A DNA stretch of 64,000 nt, taken from assembly GCA_964035545.1 (NCBI GenBank), contig OZ037770.1:7016729-7080728 (forward strand), read 5' to 3'. Numbering within the stretch: position 1 is the first letter of the stretch; each line of letters starts with the position of its first letter. Below the pieces are notes generated by a model. It saw only the letters and a list, made by a program, of their open reading frames with translations, did no database searches and was not told where the DNA came from. The position numbers and the translations under genes were made by a program. This DNA comes from Bugula neritina. Taxonomy: Eukaryota; Animalia; Bryozoa. Below, in pieces: positions 40,146-54,792 of this stretch.

Positions 40146-41819
40146 GTGTTGCAGAATATTTCAATGTGTCGCAGGGTAATTCAATATGTTACAGTGTATT
40201 TCAGTGTCTTGCAGTATTTTGCAGTATATCTCACTGTGTTACAGTGTATTTCAATATTTTACAGTGTTTTTCAGTAGGTTGCAGTATATTGCAGTATGTT
40301 GCAGTAGACTTCAGTATGTTGCAGTATATTCCGGTGTGTTGCAGTATATTTCAATGTGTTGCAGTATATTTCAGTATATTACCGTATATTTAGGTATTTT
40401 GCAGTATATTCTAATGTCCTCGAGTGTGTTTCAGTATGTTACAGTGCATTTCAGTATGTTGCAGTATGTTGCAGTATATTTCGGTATGTTGCAGGATATT
40501 ACAGTGTGTTGCAGTATATTTCAATGTGTTGCAGGTTAATTCAATATGTTTCAGTGTATTTCAGTATCTTACAGTATGTTGCAGTGTATTTCTGTATGTT
40601 ACAGTATATTTCAGTATATTACCGTATATTGAGGTACTTTGCAGTATTTTCCAATGTGTTGCAATGTGTTTCAGTATGTTACAGTGCATTTCAGTATGTT
40701 GCAGTAGGTTGCAGTATATTTCAGTGTCTTGCAGTATATTTCAATGTGTTGCAAGGTGTTTCAATATGTACAGTGTACTTTAAGTTTTTACAGTGTTTTT
40801 TAGTAGGTTGCAGTATGTTGCAGTATGTTGCAGTGTTTTTCAGTATGTCACAGTGTATTTCAGTATGTTGCAGTTTCTTGCGTTATATTTCAATATGTTG
40901 CAGTATATTTCAATGTGTTGCAGGGTATTTCAGTATGTTGCAGTAGTTTTCAATGTGTTACTGTATATTTCAGTAGTTTACCATATATTTCGTTATCTTG
41001 CAGTATATTTCAGTATGTTGCAGTATATTTCGGTATGTTGCTCATGTTTCAGTATGTTACAGTATGTTTAAGTATTTTGCAGTATATTTCACTGTGTTAC
41101 ACTGTATTTCTATATTTTATAGTGTTTTTCAGTAGGTTGCAGTATGTTGCAGTATGTTGCTGTGTATTTCATTATGTCACTGTGTATTTTAGTATGTTGC
41201 AGTATCTTGCATTATATTTCAATATGCTGCAGTATATTTTAATGTGTCGAAGTATATTTCAGTATGTCGCCGATTGTTTCAGTGTGTTGCAGTAAATTTC
41301 ACTGTGTTACAGTGTAATTCAATATGTTGCAGTATATTTCAGTATGTTGCATATGATTCAGTATGTTACCGTATGTTTTAGTATTTTGCAGTATATTTCA
41401 CTCTGTTGCAGTGTATTTCAATATTTTACAGTGTTTTTCAGTAGGTTGCAGTATGTTGCAGTGTATTTCAGTATGTTGCAGTATATTGAATTAAATTTCA
41501 CTATGTTGCAGTATATTTCAATGTGTCGCAGTATATTTCAGTATATTACCGTATATTTAGTTATTCTGCAGTATATTCCAATGTGTTCCAGTGTGTTTCA
41601 GTATGTTACAGTGCATTTAGGTATGTTGCAGTATATTGCAGTATATTTCAGTATGTTGCAGGATATTTCAGTGTGTTGCAGTATCTTTCAATGTGGTGCA
41701 GGGTAATTCAGTATGTTACAGTGTATTTCAGTATCTTGCAGTATGTTGCAGTGTATTTCAGTATGTTACAGTGTATTTCAGTATGTTGCAGTATCTTGCG
41801 GTATATTTTAGTATATTGC

Positions 41820-44230
41820 GGTATATTTTAGTATGTTGCTTATGTTTCAGTATATTACAGTATGTTTTAGTGTTTTGCAGTATATTTCACTGTGTTACAG
41901 TGTATTTCAATATTTTACAGTGTTTTTCAGTGTATTTCAGTATGTTGCAGTTTCTTGCGTTATATTTCAATATGTTGCAGTATATTTCAATGCGTTGCAG
42001 GGTATTTCAATATGTTACAGTATATTTCATTCTTTTACAGTGTTTTTCAGTAGGTTGCAGTATTCTGCAGTATGTCACAGTGTATTTCAGTATGTTACAG
42101 TGTATTTCATTATGTTGCAGTATGTTACAGTACATTTTCGCATATTACACTATACTTCAGCGACTTGTGGTGTCTCTCAGTACGCTACAGCGTAATTCAG
42201 TATGTTGCAGCAATTTTCAATGTGTTACAGTATATTTCAGTATATTACCGTATATTCAGGTATTTCGCAGTGTAATCCAATGTGTTGCAGTGTGTTTCAG
42301 TATGTTACAGTGCGTTTGAGTATGTTGCAGTATGTTGCAGTAGATTTCAGTATGTTGCAGTATACTTATGTGTGTTGCAGTATATTCCAGTGTGTTGCAG
42401 GTTCTTTCAATGTGTTGCAGGGTATTTCGATATGTTACAGTGTATGTCAGTATGTTGCAGTATGTTGCCGATTGTTTCAGTGTGTTGCAGCATATTTCAC
42501 TGTGTTACAGTGTATTTCAATATGTTGCAGTGTTTTTCAGTATGTTGCAGTATCTTCCAGGATATTTTGGTATGTTGCAGTATATTTCAGTATGTTGCAT
42601 ATGATTCAGTATGTTACAGTATGTTTTAGTATGTTGCAGTATATTCCAATGTGTTACAGTATATTTCAGTATATTATCGTATATTGAGGTATTTTGCAGT
42701 ATATTCCAATGTGTTGCAGTGTGTTTCAGTATGTTACAGTGCATTTCTGTATGTTGCAGTATGTTGCAGTAGATTTCAGTATGTTGCACTATATTTCAGT
42801 GTGTTGCAGTATAATTCAGTGTGTTGCAGTATATTTCAGTGTGTTGCAGTATATTTCAATGTGTTTCAGGGTATTTCAATATGTTACAGTGTATTTCAAT
42901 ATTTTACAGTGCTTCTTAGTTGGTTGCAGTATGTTGCAGTATGTTGCAGTGTATTTCAGTATGTCACAGTGTATTTCAGTATGTTGCAGTATGTTACAGT
43001 ACATTTTCGCATATTACACTATACTTCAGCGATGTGGTGTCTCTCAGTATGCTACAGCGTAATTCAGTATGTTGCAGTATTTTTCAATGTGTTACAGTAT
43101 ATTTCAGTATATTACCGTATATTGAGGTATTTTGCAGTATATTCCAATGTGTTGCAGTGTGTTTCAGTATGTTACAGTGTATTTCAGTATGTTGCAGTAT
43201 GCTGCAGTATATTTCAGTCTGTTGCCGTATAATTCAGTGTGTTGCGGTATATTTCAATGTGTTGCAAGGTATTTCAATATGTACAGTGTATTTCAAGTTT
43301 TTACAGTGTTTTTTAGTAGGTTGCAGTATGTTGCAGTATGCCACAGTGTGTTTCAGTATGTTGCAGTCTCTTGCGTTATATTTCAATATGTTGCAGTATA
43401 TTTCAATGTGTTGCAGGGTATTTCAATATGTTACAGTGTATTTCAAGTTTTTACAGTGCTTTTCAGTAGGTTGCAGTATGTTGCAGTATGTTGCTGTGTA
43501 TTTCATTATGTCACAGTGTATTTTAGTATGTTGCAGTATATTGCATTATATGTCAGTTTATGACAGTATATTTTTGTATGTTGCTTATGTTTCAGTATGT
43601 TACAGTATGTTTTAGTATTTTGCAGTATATTTCACTGTGTTACAGTGTATTTCAATAGTTTACAGTGTTTTTCAGTAGGTTGCAGTATCTTGCAGTATAC
43701 TTCGGTATATTTCAGTATGTTGCTTATGTTTCAGTATGTTACAGTATGTTTTAATATTTTGCAGTATATTTCACTGTGTGACAGTGTATTTCAATATGTT
43801 ACAGTGTAATTTAGTATATTGCAGTATGTTGCAGCGTATTTCAGTATGTTGCAGTGTTTTTCAGTATGTTGCAGTATCTGGCATTATATTTCAGTATGTT
43901 GCAGTTTATTTCAGTATGTTGCATATGATTCAGTATGTTACAGTATGTTTTAGTATTTTGCAGTATATTTCACTGTGTTACAGTGTATTTCAATATTTTA
44001 CAGTGTCTTTCAGTAGGTTCCAGTATGTTGCAGTGTATTTCAGTATGAAACAGTGTATTTCAGTATGTTGCAGTATCTTGAACTATATTTCAATATGTTG
44101 CAGTATATTTCAGTATATTACCGTATATTTAGGTATTTTGCAGTATATTCCAATGTGTTCCAGTGTGTTTCAGTATGTTACAGTGCATTTCAGTATGTTG
44201 CAGCATGTTGCAGTATATTTCAGTATGTTG
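41820..44230 (+). repeat. About 2.4-kb block repeated at offset 5369 (about 47190-49600), related to the 2781-bp unit
   Basis: ORF pairs 42202/47571, 42651/48020, 43132/48501 and 44053/49422. Confidence 0.88.
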
Positions 44231-44489
44231 CAGTATATTTCAATGTGTTGCAGGGTAATTAAAAATGTTACAGTGTATTTCAGTATCTTGCAGTATGTTG
44301 CAGTGTATTTCAGTATGTTACAGTGTATTTCAGTATGTTGCAGTATCTTGCAGTATATTTCAGTATATTGCAGTATATTTTAGTATGTTGCTTATGTTTC
44401 AGTATGTTACAGTATCTTTTAGTATTTCGCAGTATAATCCAATGTGTTGCAGTGTGTTTCAGTATGTTACAGTGCATTTAAGTATGTTG

Positions 44490-46570
44490 CAGTATGTTTC
44501 AGTATTTTGCAGTATATTTCACTGTGTTACACTGTATTTCTATATTTTACAGTGTTTATCAGTAGGTTGCAGTATGTTGCAGTATGTTGCTGTGTATTTC
44601 ATTATGTCACACTGTATTTTAGTATGTTGCAGTATATTGCATTATATGTCAGTATATGGCAGTATATTTTAGTATGTTGCTTATGTTTCAGTATGTTACA
44701 GTATGTTTTAGTATTTTGCAGTATATTTCACTGTGTTACAGTGTATTTCAATATTTTACAGTGTTTTTCAGTAGGTTGCAGTATGTTGCAGTATACTTCA
44801 GTATATTTCAGTATGTTGCTTATGTTTCAGTATGTTACAGTATGTTTTAGTATTTTGCAGTATATTTCACTGTGTTACAGTGTATTTCAATATGTTACAG
44901 TGTAATTTAGTATATTGCAGTATGTTGCAGCGTATTTCAGTATGTTGCAGTGTTTTTCAGTATGTTGCAGTATCTTGCATTATATTTCCGTATGTTGCAG
45001 TTTATTTCAGTATGTTGCATATGATTCAGTATGTTACAGTATGTTTTAGTATTTTGCAGTATATTTCACTGTGTTACAGTGTATTTCAATATGTTACAGT
45101 GTAATTTAGTATATTGCAGTATGTTGCAGCGTATTTCAGTATGTTGCAGTGTTTTTCAGTATGTTGCAGTATCTTGCATTATATTTCAGTATGTTGCAGT
45201 ATATTTTGGTATGTTGCTTATGTTTCAGTATGTTACAGTATGTTTGAGTATTTTGCAGTATATTTCACTGTGTTACACTGTATTTCTATATTTTACAGTG
45301 TTTATCAGTAGGTTGCAGTATGTTGCAGTATGTTGCTGTGTATTTCATTATGTCACACTGTATTTTAGTATGTTGCAGTATATTGCATTATATGTCAGTA
45401 TATGGCAGTATATTTTAGTATGTTGCTTATGTTTCAGTATGTTACAGTATGTTTTAGTATTTTGCAGTATATTTCACTGTGTTACAGTGTATTTCAATAT
45501 TTTACAGTGTTTTTCAGTAGGTTGCAGTATGTTGCAGTATACTTCAGTATATTTCAGTATGTTGCTTATGTTTCAGTATGTTACAGTATGTTTTAGTATT
45601 TTGCAGTATATTTCACTGTGTTACAGTGTATTTCAATATGTTACAGTGTAATTTAGTATATTGCAGTATGTTGCAGCGTATTTCAGTATGTTGCAGTGTT
45701 TTTCAGTATGTTGCAGTATCTTGCATTATATTTCAGTATGTTGCAGTTTATTTCAGTATGTTGCATATGATTCAGTATGTTACAGTATGTTTTAGTATTT
45801 TGCAGTATATTTCACTGTGTTACAGTGTATTTCAATATGTTACAGTGTAATTTAGTATATTGCAGTATGTTGCAGCGTATTTCAGTATGTTGCAGTGTTT
45901 TTCAGTATGTTGCAGTATCTTGCATTATATTTCAGTATGTTGCAGTATATTTTGGTATGTTGCTTATGTTTCAGTATGTTACAGTATGTTTCAGTATTTT
46001 GCAGTATATTTCACTGTGTTACACTGTATTTCTATATTTTACAGTGTTTATCAGTAGGTTGCAGTATGTTGCAGTATGTTGCTGTGTATTTCATTATGTC
46101 ACACTGTATTTTAGTATGTTGCAGTATATTGCATTATATGTCAGTATATGGCAGTATATTTTAGTATGTTGCTTATGTTTCAGTATGTTACAGTATGTTT
46201 TAGTATTTTGCAGTATATTTCACTGTGTTACAGTGTATTTCAATATTTTACAGTGTTTTTCAGTAGGTTGCAGTATGTTGCAGTATACTTCAGTATATTT
46301 CAGTATGTTGCTTATGTTTCAGTATGTTACAGTACATTTTAGTATTCTGCAGTATATTTCACTGTGTTACAGTGTATTTCAATATGTTACAGTGTAATTC
46401 AGTATATTGCAGTATGTTGCAGCGTATTTCAGTATGTTGCAGTGTATTTCAGTATGTTGCAGTATCTTGCATTATATTTCAGTATGTTGCAGTTTATTTC
46501 AGTATGTTGCATATGATTCAGTATGTTACAGTATGCTTTAGTATTTTGCAGTATATTTCACTGTGTTACA
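44490..46570 (+). repeat. Tandem repeat, period 746 bp (about 2.8 copies), with an internal 199-bp duplication
   Basis: ORFs 44656/45402/46148; 44832/45031 and 45578/45777 (offset 199). ACTGTGTTACACTGTATTTCTATA at 44521, 45267 and 46013. Confidence 0.9.
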
Positions 46571-49500
46571 GTGTATTTCAATATTTTACAGTGTCTTTCA
46601 GTAGGTTGCAGTATGTTGCAGTGTATTTCAGTATGAAACAGTGTATTTCAGTATGTTGCAGTATCTTGAATTATATTTCAATATGTTGCAGTATATTTCA
46701 GTATATTACCGTATATTTAGGTATTTTGCAGTATATTCCAATGTGTTCCAGTGTGTGTCAGTATGTTACAGTGCATTTCAGTATGTTGCAGCATGTTGCA
46801 GTATATTTCAGTATGTTGCAGGATATTTCAGTGTGTTGCAGTATATTTCTATGTGTTGCAGGGTAATTAAAAATGTTCCAGTGTATTTCAGTATCTTGCA
46901 GTATGTTGCAGTGTATTTCAGTATGTTACAGTGTATTTCAGTATGTTGCAGTATCTTGCAGTATATTTCAGTATATTGCAGTATATTTTAGTATGCTGCT
47001 TATGTTTCAGTATGTTACAGTATCTTTTAGTATTTTGCAGTATATTTTACTGTGTTACAGTGTATTTCAATATTTTATAGTGTTTTTCAGTAGGTTGCAG
47101 TATGTTGCAGTATGTTGCTGTGTATTTCATTATGTCACACTGTATTTTAGTATGTTGCAGTATATTGCATTATATGTCAGTATATGGCAGTATATTTTAG
47201 TATGTTGCTTATGTTTCAGTATGTTACAGTATGTTTTAGTATTTTGCAGTATATTTCACTGTGTTACAGTGCATTTCAATATTTTACAGTGTTTTTCAGT
47301 GTATTTCAGTATGTTGCAGTTTCTTGCGTTATATTTCAATATGTTGCAGTATATTTCAATGCGTTGCAGGGTATTTCAATATGTTACAGTATATTTCATT
47401 CTTTTACAGTGTTTTTCAGTAGGTTGCAGTATTCTGCAGTATGTCACAGTGTCTTTCAGTATGTTACAGTGTATTTCATTATGTTGCAGTATGTTACAGT
47501 ACATTTTCGCATATTACACTATACTTCAGCGACTTGTGGTGTCTCTCAGTACGCTACAGCGTAATTCAGTATGTTGCAGCAATTTTCAATGTGTTACAGT
47601 ATATTTCAGTATATTACCGTATATTCAGGTATTTCGCAGTGTAATCCAATGTGTTGCAGTGTGTTTCAGTATGTTACAGTGCGTTTGAGTATGTTGCAGT
47701 ATGTTGCAGTAGATTTCAGTATGTTGCAGTATACTTATGTGTGTTGCAGTATATTCCAGTGTGTTGCAGGTTCTTTCAATGTGTTGCAGGGTATTTCGAT
47801 ATGTTACAGTGTATGTCAGTATGTTGCAGTATGTTGCCGATTGTTTCAGTGTGTTGCAGTATATTTCACTGTGTTACAGTGTATTTCAATATGTTGCAGT
47901 GTTTTTCAGTATGTTGCAGTATCTTCCAGGATATTTTGGTATGTTGCAGTATATTTCAGTATGTTGCATATGATTCAGTATGTTACAGTATGTTTTAGTA
48001 TGTTGCAGTATATTCCAATGTGTTACAGTATATTTCAGTATATTATCGTATATTGAGGTATTTTGCAGTATATTCCAATGTGTTGCAGTGTGTTTCAGTA
48101 TGTTACAGTGCATTTCTGTATGTTGCAGTATGTTGCAGTAGATTTCAGTATGTTGCACTATATTTCAGTGTGTTGCAGTATAATTCAGTGTGTTGCAGTA
48201 TATTTCAGTGTGTTGCAGTATATTTCAATGTGTTTCAGGGTATTTCAATATGTTACAGTGTATTTCAATATTTTACAGTGCTTCTTAGTTGGTTGCAGTA
48301 TGTTGCAGTATGTTGCAGTGTATTTCAGTATGTCACAGTGTATTTCACTATGTTGCAGTATGTTACAGTACATTTTCGCATATTACACTATACTTCAGCA
48401 ATGTGGTGTCTCTCAGTATGCTACAGCGTAATTCAGTATGTTGCAGTATTTTTCAATGTGTTACAGTATATTTCAGTATATTACCGTATATTGAGGTATT
48501 TTGCAGTATATTCCAATGTGTTGCAGTGTGTTTCAGTATGTTACAGTGTATTTCAGTATGTTGCAGTATGCTGCAGTGTATTTCAGTCTGTTGCCGTATA
48601 ATTCAGTGTGTTGCGGTATATTTCAATGTGTTGCAAGGTATTTCAATATGTACAGTGTATTTCAAGTTTTTACAGTGTTTTTTAGTAGGTTGCAGTATGT
48701 TGCAGTATGCCACAGTGTGTTTCAGTATGTTGCAGTTTCTTGCGTTATATTTCAATATGTTGCAGTATATTTCAATGTGTTGCAGGGTATTTCAATATGT
48801 TACAGTGTATTTCAAGTTTTTACAGTGTTTTTCAGTAGGTTGCAGTATGTTGCAGTATGTTGCTGTGCATTTCATTATGTCACAGTGTATTTTAGTATGT
48901 TGCAGTATATTGCATTATATGTCAGTTTATGACAGTATACTTTTGTATGTTGCTTATGTTTCAGTATGTTACACTATGTTTTAGTGTTTTGCAGTATATT
49001 TCACTGTGTTACAGTGTATTTCAATATTTTACAGTGTTTTTCAGTAGGTTGCAGTATCTTGCAGTATACTTCGGTATATTTCAGTATGTTGCTTATGTTT
49101 CAGTATGTTACAGTATGTTTTAGTATTTTGCAGTATATTTCACTGTGTTACAGTGTATTTCAATATGTTACAGTGTAATTTAGTATATTGCAGTATGTTG
49201 CAGCGTATTTCAGTATGTTGCAGTATTTTTCAGTATGTTGCAGTATCTGGCATTATATTTCAGTATGTTGCAGTTTATTTCAGTATGTTGCATATGATTC
49301 AGTAGGTTACAATATGTTTTAGTATTTTGCAGTATATTTCACTGTGTTACAGTGTATTTCAATATTTTACAGTGTCTTTCAGTAGGTTCCAGTATGTTGC
49401 AGTGTATTTCAGTATGAAACAGTGTATTTCAGTATGTTGCAGTATCTTGAACTATATTTCAATATGTTGCAGTATATTTCAGTATATTACCGTATATTTA

Positions 49501-52500
49501 GGTATTTTGCAGTATATTCCAATGTGTTCCAGTGTGTGTCAGTATGTTACAGTGCATTTCAGTATGTTGCAGCATGTTGCAGTATATTTCAGTATGTTGC
49601 AGGATATTTCAGTGTGTTGCAGTATATTTCAATGTGTTGCAGGGTAATTAAAAATGTTCCAGTGTATTTCAGTATCTTGCAGTATGTTGCAGTGTATTTC
49701 AGTATGTTACAGTGTATTTCAGTATGTTGCAGTATCTTGCAGTATATTTCAGTATATTGCAGTATATTTTAGTATGCTGCTTATGTTTCAGTATGTTACA
49801 GTATCTTTTAGTATTTTGCAGTATATTTCACTGTGTTACAGTGTATTTCAATATTTTATAGTGTTTTTCAGTAGGTTGCAGTATGTTGCAGTATGTTGCT
49901 GTGTATTTCATTATGTCACACTGTATTTTAGTATGTTGCAGTATATTGCATTATATGTCAGTATATGGCAGTATATTTTAGTATGTTGCTTATGTTTCAG
50001 TATGTTACAGTATGTTTTAGTATTTTGCAGTATATTTCACTGTGTTACAGTGCATTTCAATATTTTACAGTGTTTTTCAGTGTATTTCAGTATGTTGCAG
50101 TTTCTTGCGTTATATTTCAATATGTTGCAGTATATTTCAATGCGTTGCAGGGTATTTCAATATGTTACAGTATATTTCATTCTTTTACAGTGTTTTTCAG
50201 TAGGTTGCAGTATTCTGCAGTATGTCACAGTGTCTTTCAGTATGTTACAGTGTATTTCATTATGTTGCAGTATGTTACAGTACATTTTCGCATATTACAC
50301 TATACTTCAGCGACTTGTGGTGTCTCTCAGTACGCTACAGCGTAATTCAGTATGTTGCAGCAATTTTCAATGTGTTACAGTATATTTCAGTATATTACCG
50401 TATATTCAGGTATTTCGCAGTGTAATCCAATGTGTTGCAGTGTGTTTCAGTATGTTACAGTGCGTTTGAGTATGTTGCAGTATGTTGCAGTAGATTTCAG
50501 TATGTTGCAGTATACTTATGTGTGTTGCAGTATATTCCAGTGTGTTGCAGGTTCTTTCAATGTGTTGCAGGGTATTTCGATATGTTACAGTGTATGTCAG
50601 TATGTTGCAGTATGTTGCCGATTGTTTCAGTGTGTTGCAGTATATTTCACTGTGTTACAGTGTATTTCAATATGTTGCAGTGTTTTTCAGTATGTTGCAG
50701 TATCTTCCAGGATATTTTGGTATGTTGCAGTATATTTCAGTATGTTGCATATGATTCAGTATGTTACAGTATGTTTTAGTATGTTGCAGTATATTCCAAT
50801 GTGTTACAGTATATTTCAGTATATTATCGTATATTGAGGTATTTTGCAGTATATTCCAATGTGTTGCAGTGTGTTTCAGTATGTTACAGTGCATTTCTGT
50901 ATGTTGCAGTATGTTGCAGTAGATTTCAGTATGTTGCACTATATTTCAGTGTGTTGCAGTATAATTCAGTGTGTTGCAGTATATTTCAGTGTGTTGCAGT
51001 ATATTTCAATGTGTTTCAGGGTATTTCAATATGTTACAGTGTATTTCAATATTTTACAGTGCTTCTTAGTTGGTTGCAGTATGTTGCAGTATGTTGCAGT
51101 GTATTTCAGTATGTCACAGTGTATTTCACTATGTTGCAGTATGTTACAGTACATTTTCGCATATTACACTATACTTCAGCAATGTGGTGTCTCTCAGTAT
51201 GCTACAGCGTAATTCAGTATGTTGCAGTATTTTTCAATGTGTTACAGTATATTTCAGTATATTACCGTATATTGAGGTATTTTGCAGTATATTCCAATGT
51301 GTTGCAGTGTGTTTCAGTATGTTACAGTGTATTTCAGTATGTTGCAGTATGCTGCAGTGTATTTCAGTCTGTTGCCGTATAATTCAGTGTGTTGCGGTAT
51401 ATTTCAATGTGTTGCAAGGTATTTCAATATGTACAGTGTATTTCAAGTTTTTACAGTGTTTTTTAGTAGGTTGCAGTATGTTGCAGTATGCCACAGTGTG
51501 TTTCAGTATGTTGCAGTTTCTTGCGTTATATTTCAATATGTTGCAGTATATTTCAATGTGTTGCAGGGTATTTCAATATGTTACAGTGTATTTCAAGTTT
51601 TTACAGTGTTTTTCAGTAGGTTGCAGTATGTTGCAGTATGTTGCTGTGCATTTCATTATGTCACAGTGTATTTTAGTATGTTGCAGTATATTGCATTATA
51701 TGTCAGTTTATGACAGTATACTTTTGTATGTTGCTTATGTTTCAGTATGTTACACTATGTTTTAGTGTTTTGCAGTATATTTCACTGTGTTACAGTGTAT
51801 TTCAATATTTTACAGTGTTTTTCAGTAGGTTGCAGTATCTTGCAGTATACTTCGGTATATTTCAGTATGTTGCTTATGTTTCAGTATGTTACAGTATGTT
51901 TTAGTATTTTGCAGTATATTTCACTGTGTTACAGTGTATTTCAATATGTTACAGTGTAATTTAGTATATTGCAGTATGTTGCAGCGTATTTCAGTATGTT
52001 GCAGTATTTTTCAGTATGTTGCAGTATCTGGCATTATATTTCAGTATGTTGCAGTTTATTTCAGTATGTTGCATATGATTCAGTAGTTTACAATATGTTT
52101 TAGTATTTTGCAGTATATTTCACTGTGTTACAGTGTATTTCAATATTTTACAGTGTCTTTCAGTAGGTTCCAGTATGTTGCAGTGTATTTCAGTATGAAA
52201 CAGTGTATTTCAGTATGTTGCAGTATCTTGAACTATATTTCAATATGTTGCAGTATATTTCAGTATATTACCGTATATTTAGGTATTTTGCAGTATATTC
52301 CAATGTGTTCCAGTGTGTGTCAGTATGTTACAGTGCATTTCAGTATGTTGCAGCATGTTGCAGTATATTTCAGTATGTTGCAGGATATTTCAGTGTGTTG
52401 CAGTATATTTCAATGTGTTGCAGGGTAATTAAAAATGTTCCAGTGTATTTCAGTATCTTGCAGTATGTTGCAGTGTATTTCAGTATGTTACAGTGTATTT

Positions 52501-52670
52501 CAGTATGTTGCAGTATCTTGCAGTATATTTCAGTATATTGCAGTATATTTTAGTATGCTGCTTATGTTTCAGTATGTTACAGTATCTTTTAGTATTTTGC
52601 AGTATATTTCACTGTGTTACAGTGTATTTCAATATTTTATAGTGTTTTTCAGTAGGTTGCAGTATGTTGC
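46540..52670 (+). repeat. Higher-order tandem repeat, period 2781 bp (about 2.2 copies, near-identical)
   Basis: ORF triplets 46641/49422/52203 and 46873/49654/52435; pairs 47571/50352 and 48289/51070. Confidence 0.93.
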
Positions 52671-54792
52671 GGTATGTTGCAGCATACTTCAGTATGTTGC
52701 AGTATATTTCGCTGTGTTGTAGCATATTTCAGTCTGTTGCAGTATGTTTCAATGTGTTGCAGGGTATTTCGATATGTTACAGTGAACATCAGTATGTTGC
52801 AGTATATTTCAGTATGTTGCTCATGTTTCAGTGTGTTACAGTATGTCTTAGTATTTTGCAGTATATTTCACTGTGTTACACTGTATTTCTATATTTTACA
52901 GTGTTTATCAGTAGGTTGCAGTATGTTGCAGTATGTTGCTGTGTATTTCATTATGTCACACTGTATTTTAGTATGTTGCAGTATATTGCATTATATGTCA
53001 GTATATGGCAGTATATTTTAGTATGTTGCTTATGTTTCAGTATGTTACAGTATGTTTTAGTATTTTGCAGTATATTTCACTGTGTTACAGTGTATTTCAA
53101 TATTTTACAGTGTTTTTCAGTGTATTTCAGTATGTTGCAGTTTCTTGCGTTATATTTCAATATGTTCCAGTATATTTCAATGCGTTGCAGGGTATTTCAA
53201 TATGTTACAGTATATTTCATTCTTTTACAGTGTTTTTCAGTAGGTTGCAGTATTCTGCAGTATGTCACAGTGTATTTCAGTATGTTACAGTGTATTTCAT
53301 TATGTTGCAGTATGTTACAGTACATTTTCGCATATTACACTATACTTCAGCGACTTGTGGTGTCTCTCAGTACGCTACAGCGTAATTCAGTATGTTGCAG
53401 CAATTTTCAATGTGTTACAGTATATTTCAGTATATTACCGTATATTCAGGTATTTCGCAGTGTAATCCAATGTGTTGCAGTGTGTTTCAGTATGTTACAG
53501 TGCGTTTGAGTATGTTGCAGTATGTTGCCGATTGTTTCAGTGTGTTGCAGTATATTTCACTGTGTTACAGTGTATTTCAATATGTCACAGTGTATTTCAG
53601 TATGTTGCAGTATGTTACAGTACATTTTCGCCTATTACACTATACTTCAGCAATGTGGTGTCTCTCAGTATGCTACAGCGTAATTCAGTATGTTGCAGTA
53701 TTTTTCAATGTGTTGCAGTATATTGCATTATATGTCAGTATATGGCAGTATATTTTAGTATGTTGCTTATGTTTCAGTATGTTACAGTATGTTTTAGTAT
53801 TTTGCAGTATATTTCACTGTGTTACAGTGTATTTCAATATTTTACAGTGTTTTTCAGTGTATTTCAGTATGTTGCAGTTTCTTGCGTTATATTTCAATAT
53901 GTTGCAGTATATTTCAATGCGTTGCAGGGTATTTCAATATGTTACAGTATATTTCATTCTTTTACAGTGTTTTTCAGTAGGTTGCAGTATTCTGCAGTAT
54001 GTCACAGTGTATTTCAGTATGTTACAGTGTATTTCATTATGTTGCAGTATGTTACAGTACATTTTCGCATATTACACCATACTTCAGCGACTTGTGGTGT
54101 CTCTCAGTACGCTACAGCGTAATTCAGTATGTTGCAGCAATTTTCAATGTGTTACAGTATATTTCAGTATATTACCGTATATTCAGGTATTTCGCAGTGT
54201 AATCCAATGTGTTGCAGTGTGTTTCAGTATGTTACAGTGCGTTTGAGTATGTTGCAGTATGTTGCAGTAGATTTCAGTATGTTGCAGTATACTTATGTGT
54301 GTTGCAGTATATTCCAGTGTGTTGCAGGTTCTTTCAGTGTGTTGCAGGGTATTTCGATATGTTACAGTGTATGTCAGTATGTTGCAGTATGTTGCCGATT
54401 GTTTCAGTGTGTTGCAGTATATTTCACTGTGTTACAGTGTATTTCAATATGTTGCAGTGTTTTTCAGTATGTTGCAGTATCTTCCAGGATATTTTGGTAT
54501 GTTGCAGTATATTTCAGTATGTTGCATATGATTCAGTATGTTACAGTATGTTTTAGTATGTTGCAGTATATTCCAATGTGTTACAGTATATTTCAGTATA
54601 TTATCGTATATTGAGGTATTTTGCAGTATATTCCAATGTGTTGCAGTGTGTTTCAGTATGTTACAGTGCATTTCTGTATGTTGCAGTATGTTGCAGTAGA
54701 TTTCAGTATGTTGCACTATATTTCAGTGTGTTGCAGTATAATTCAGTGTGTTGCAGTATATTTCAGTGTGTTGCAGTATATTTCAATGTGTT

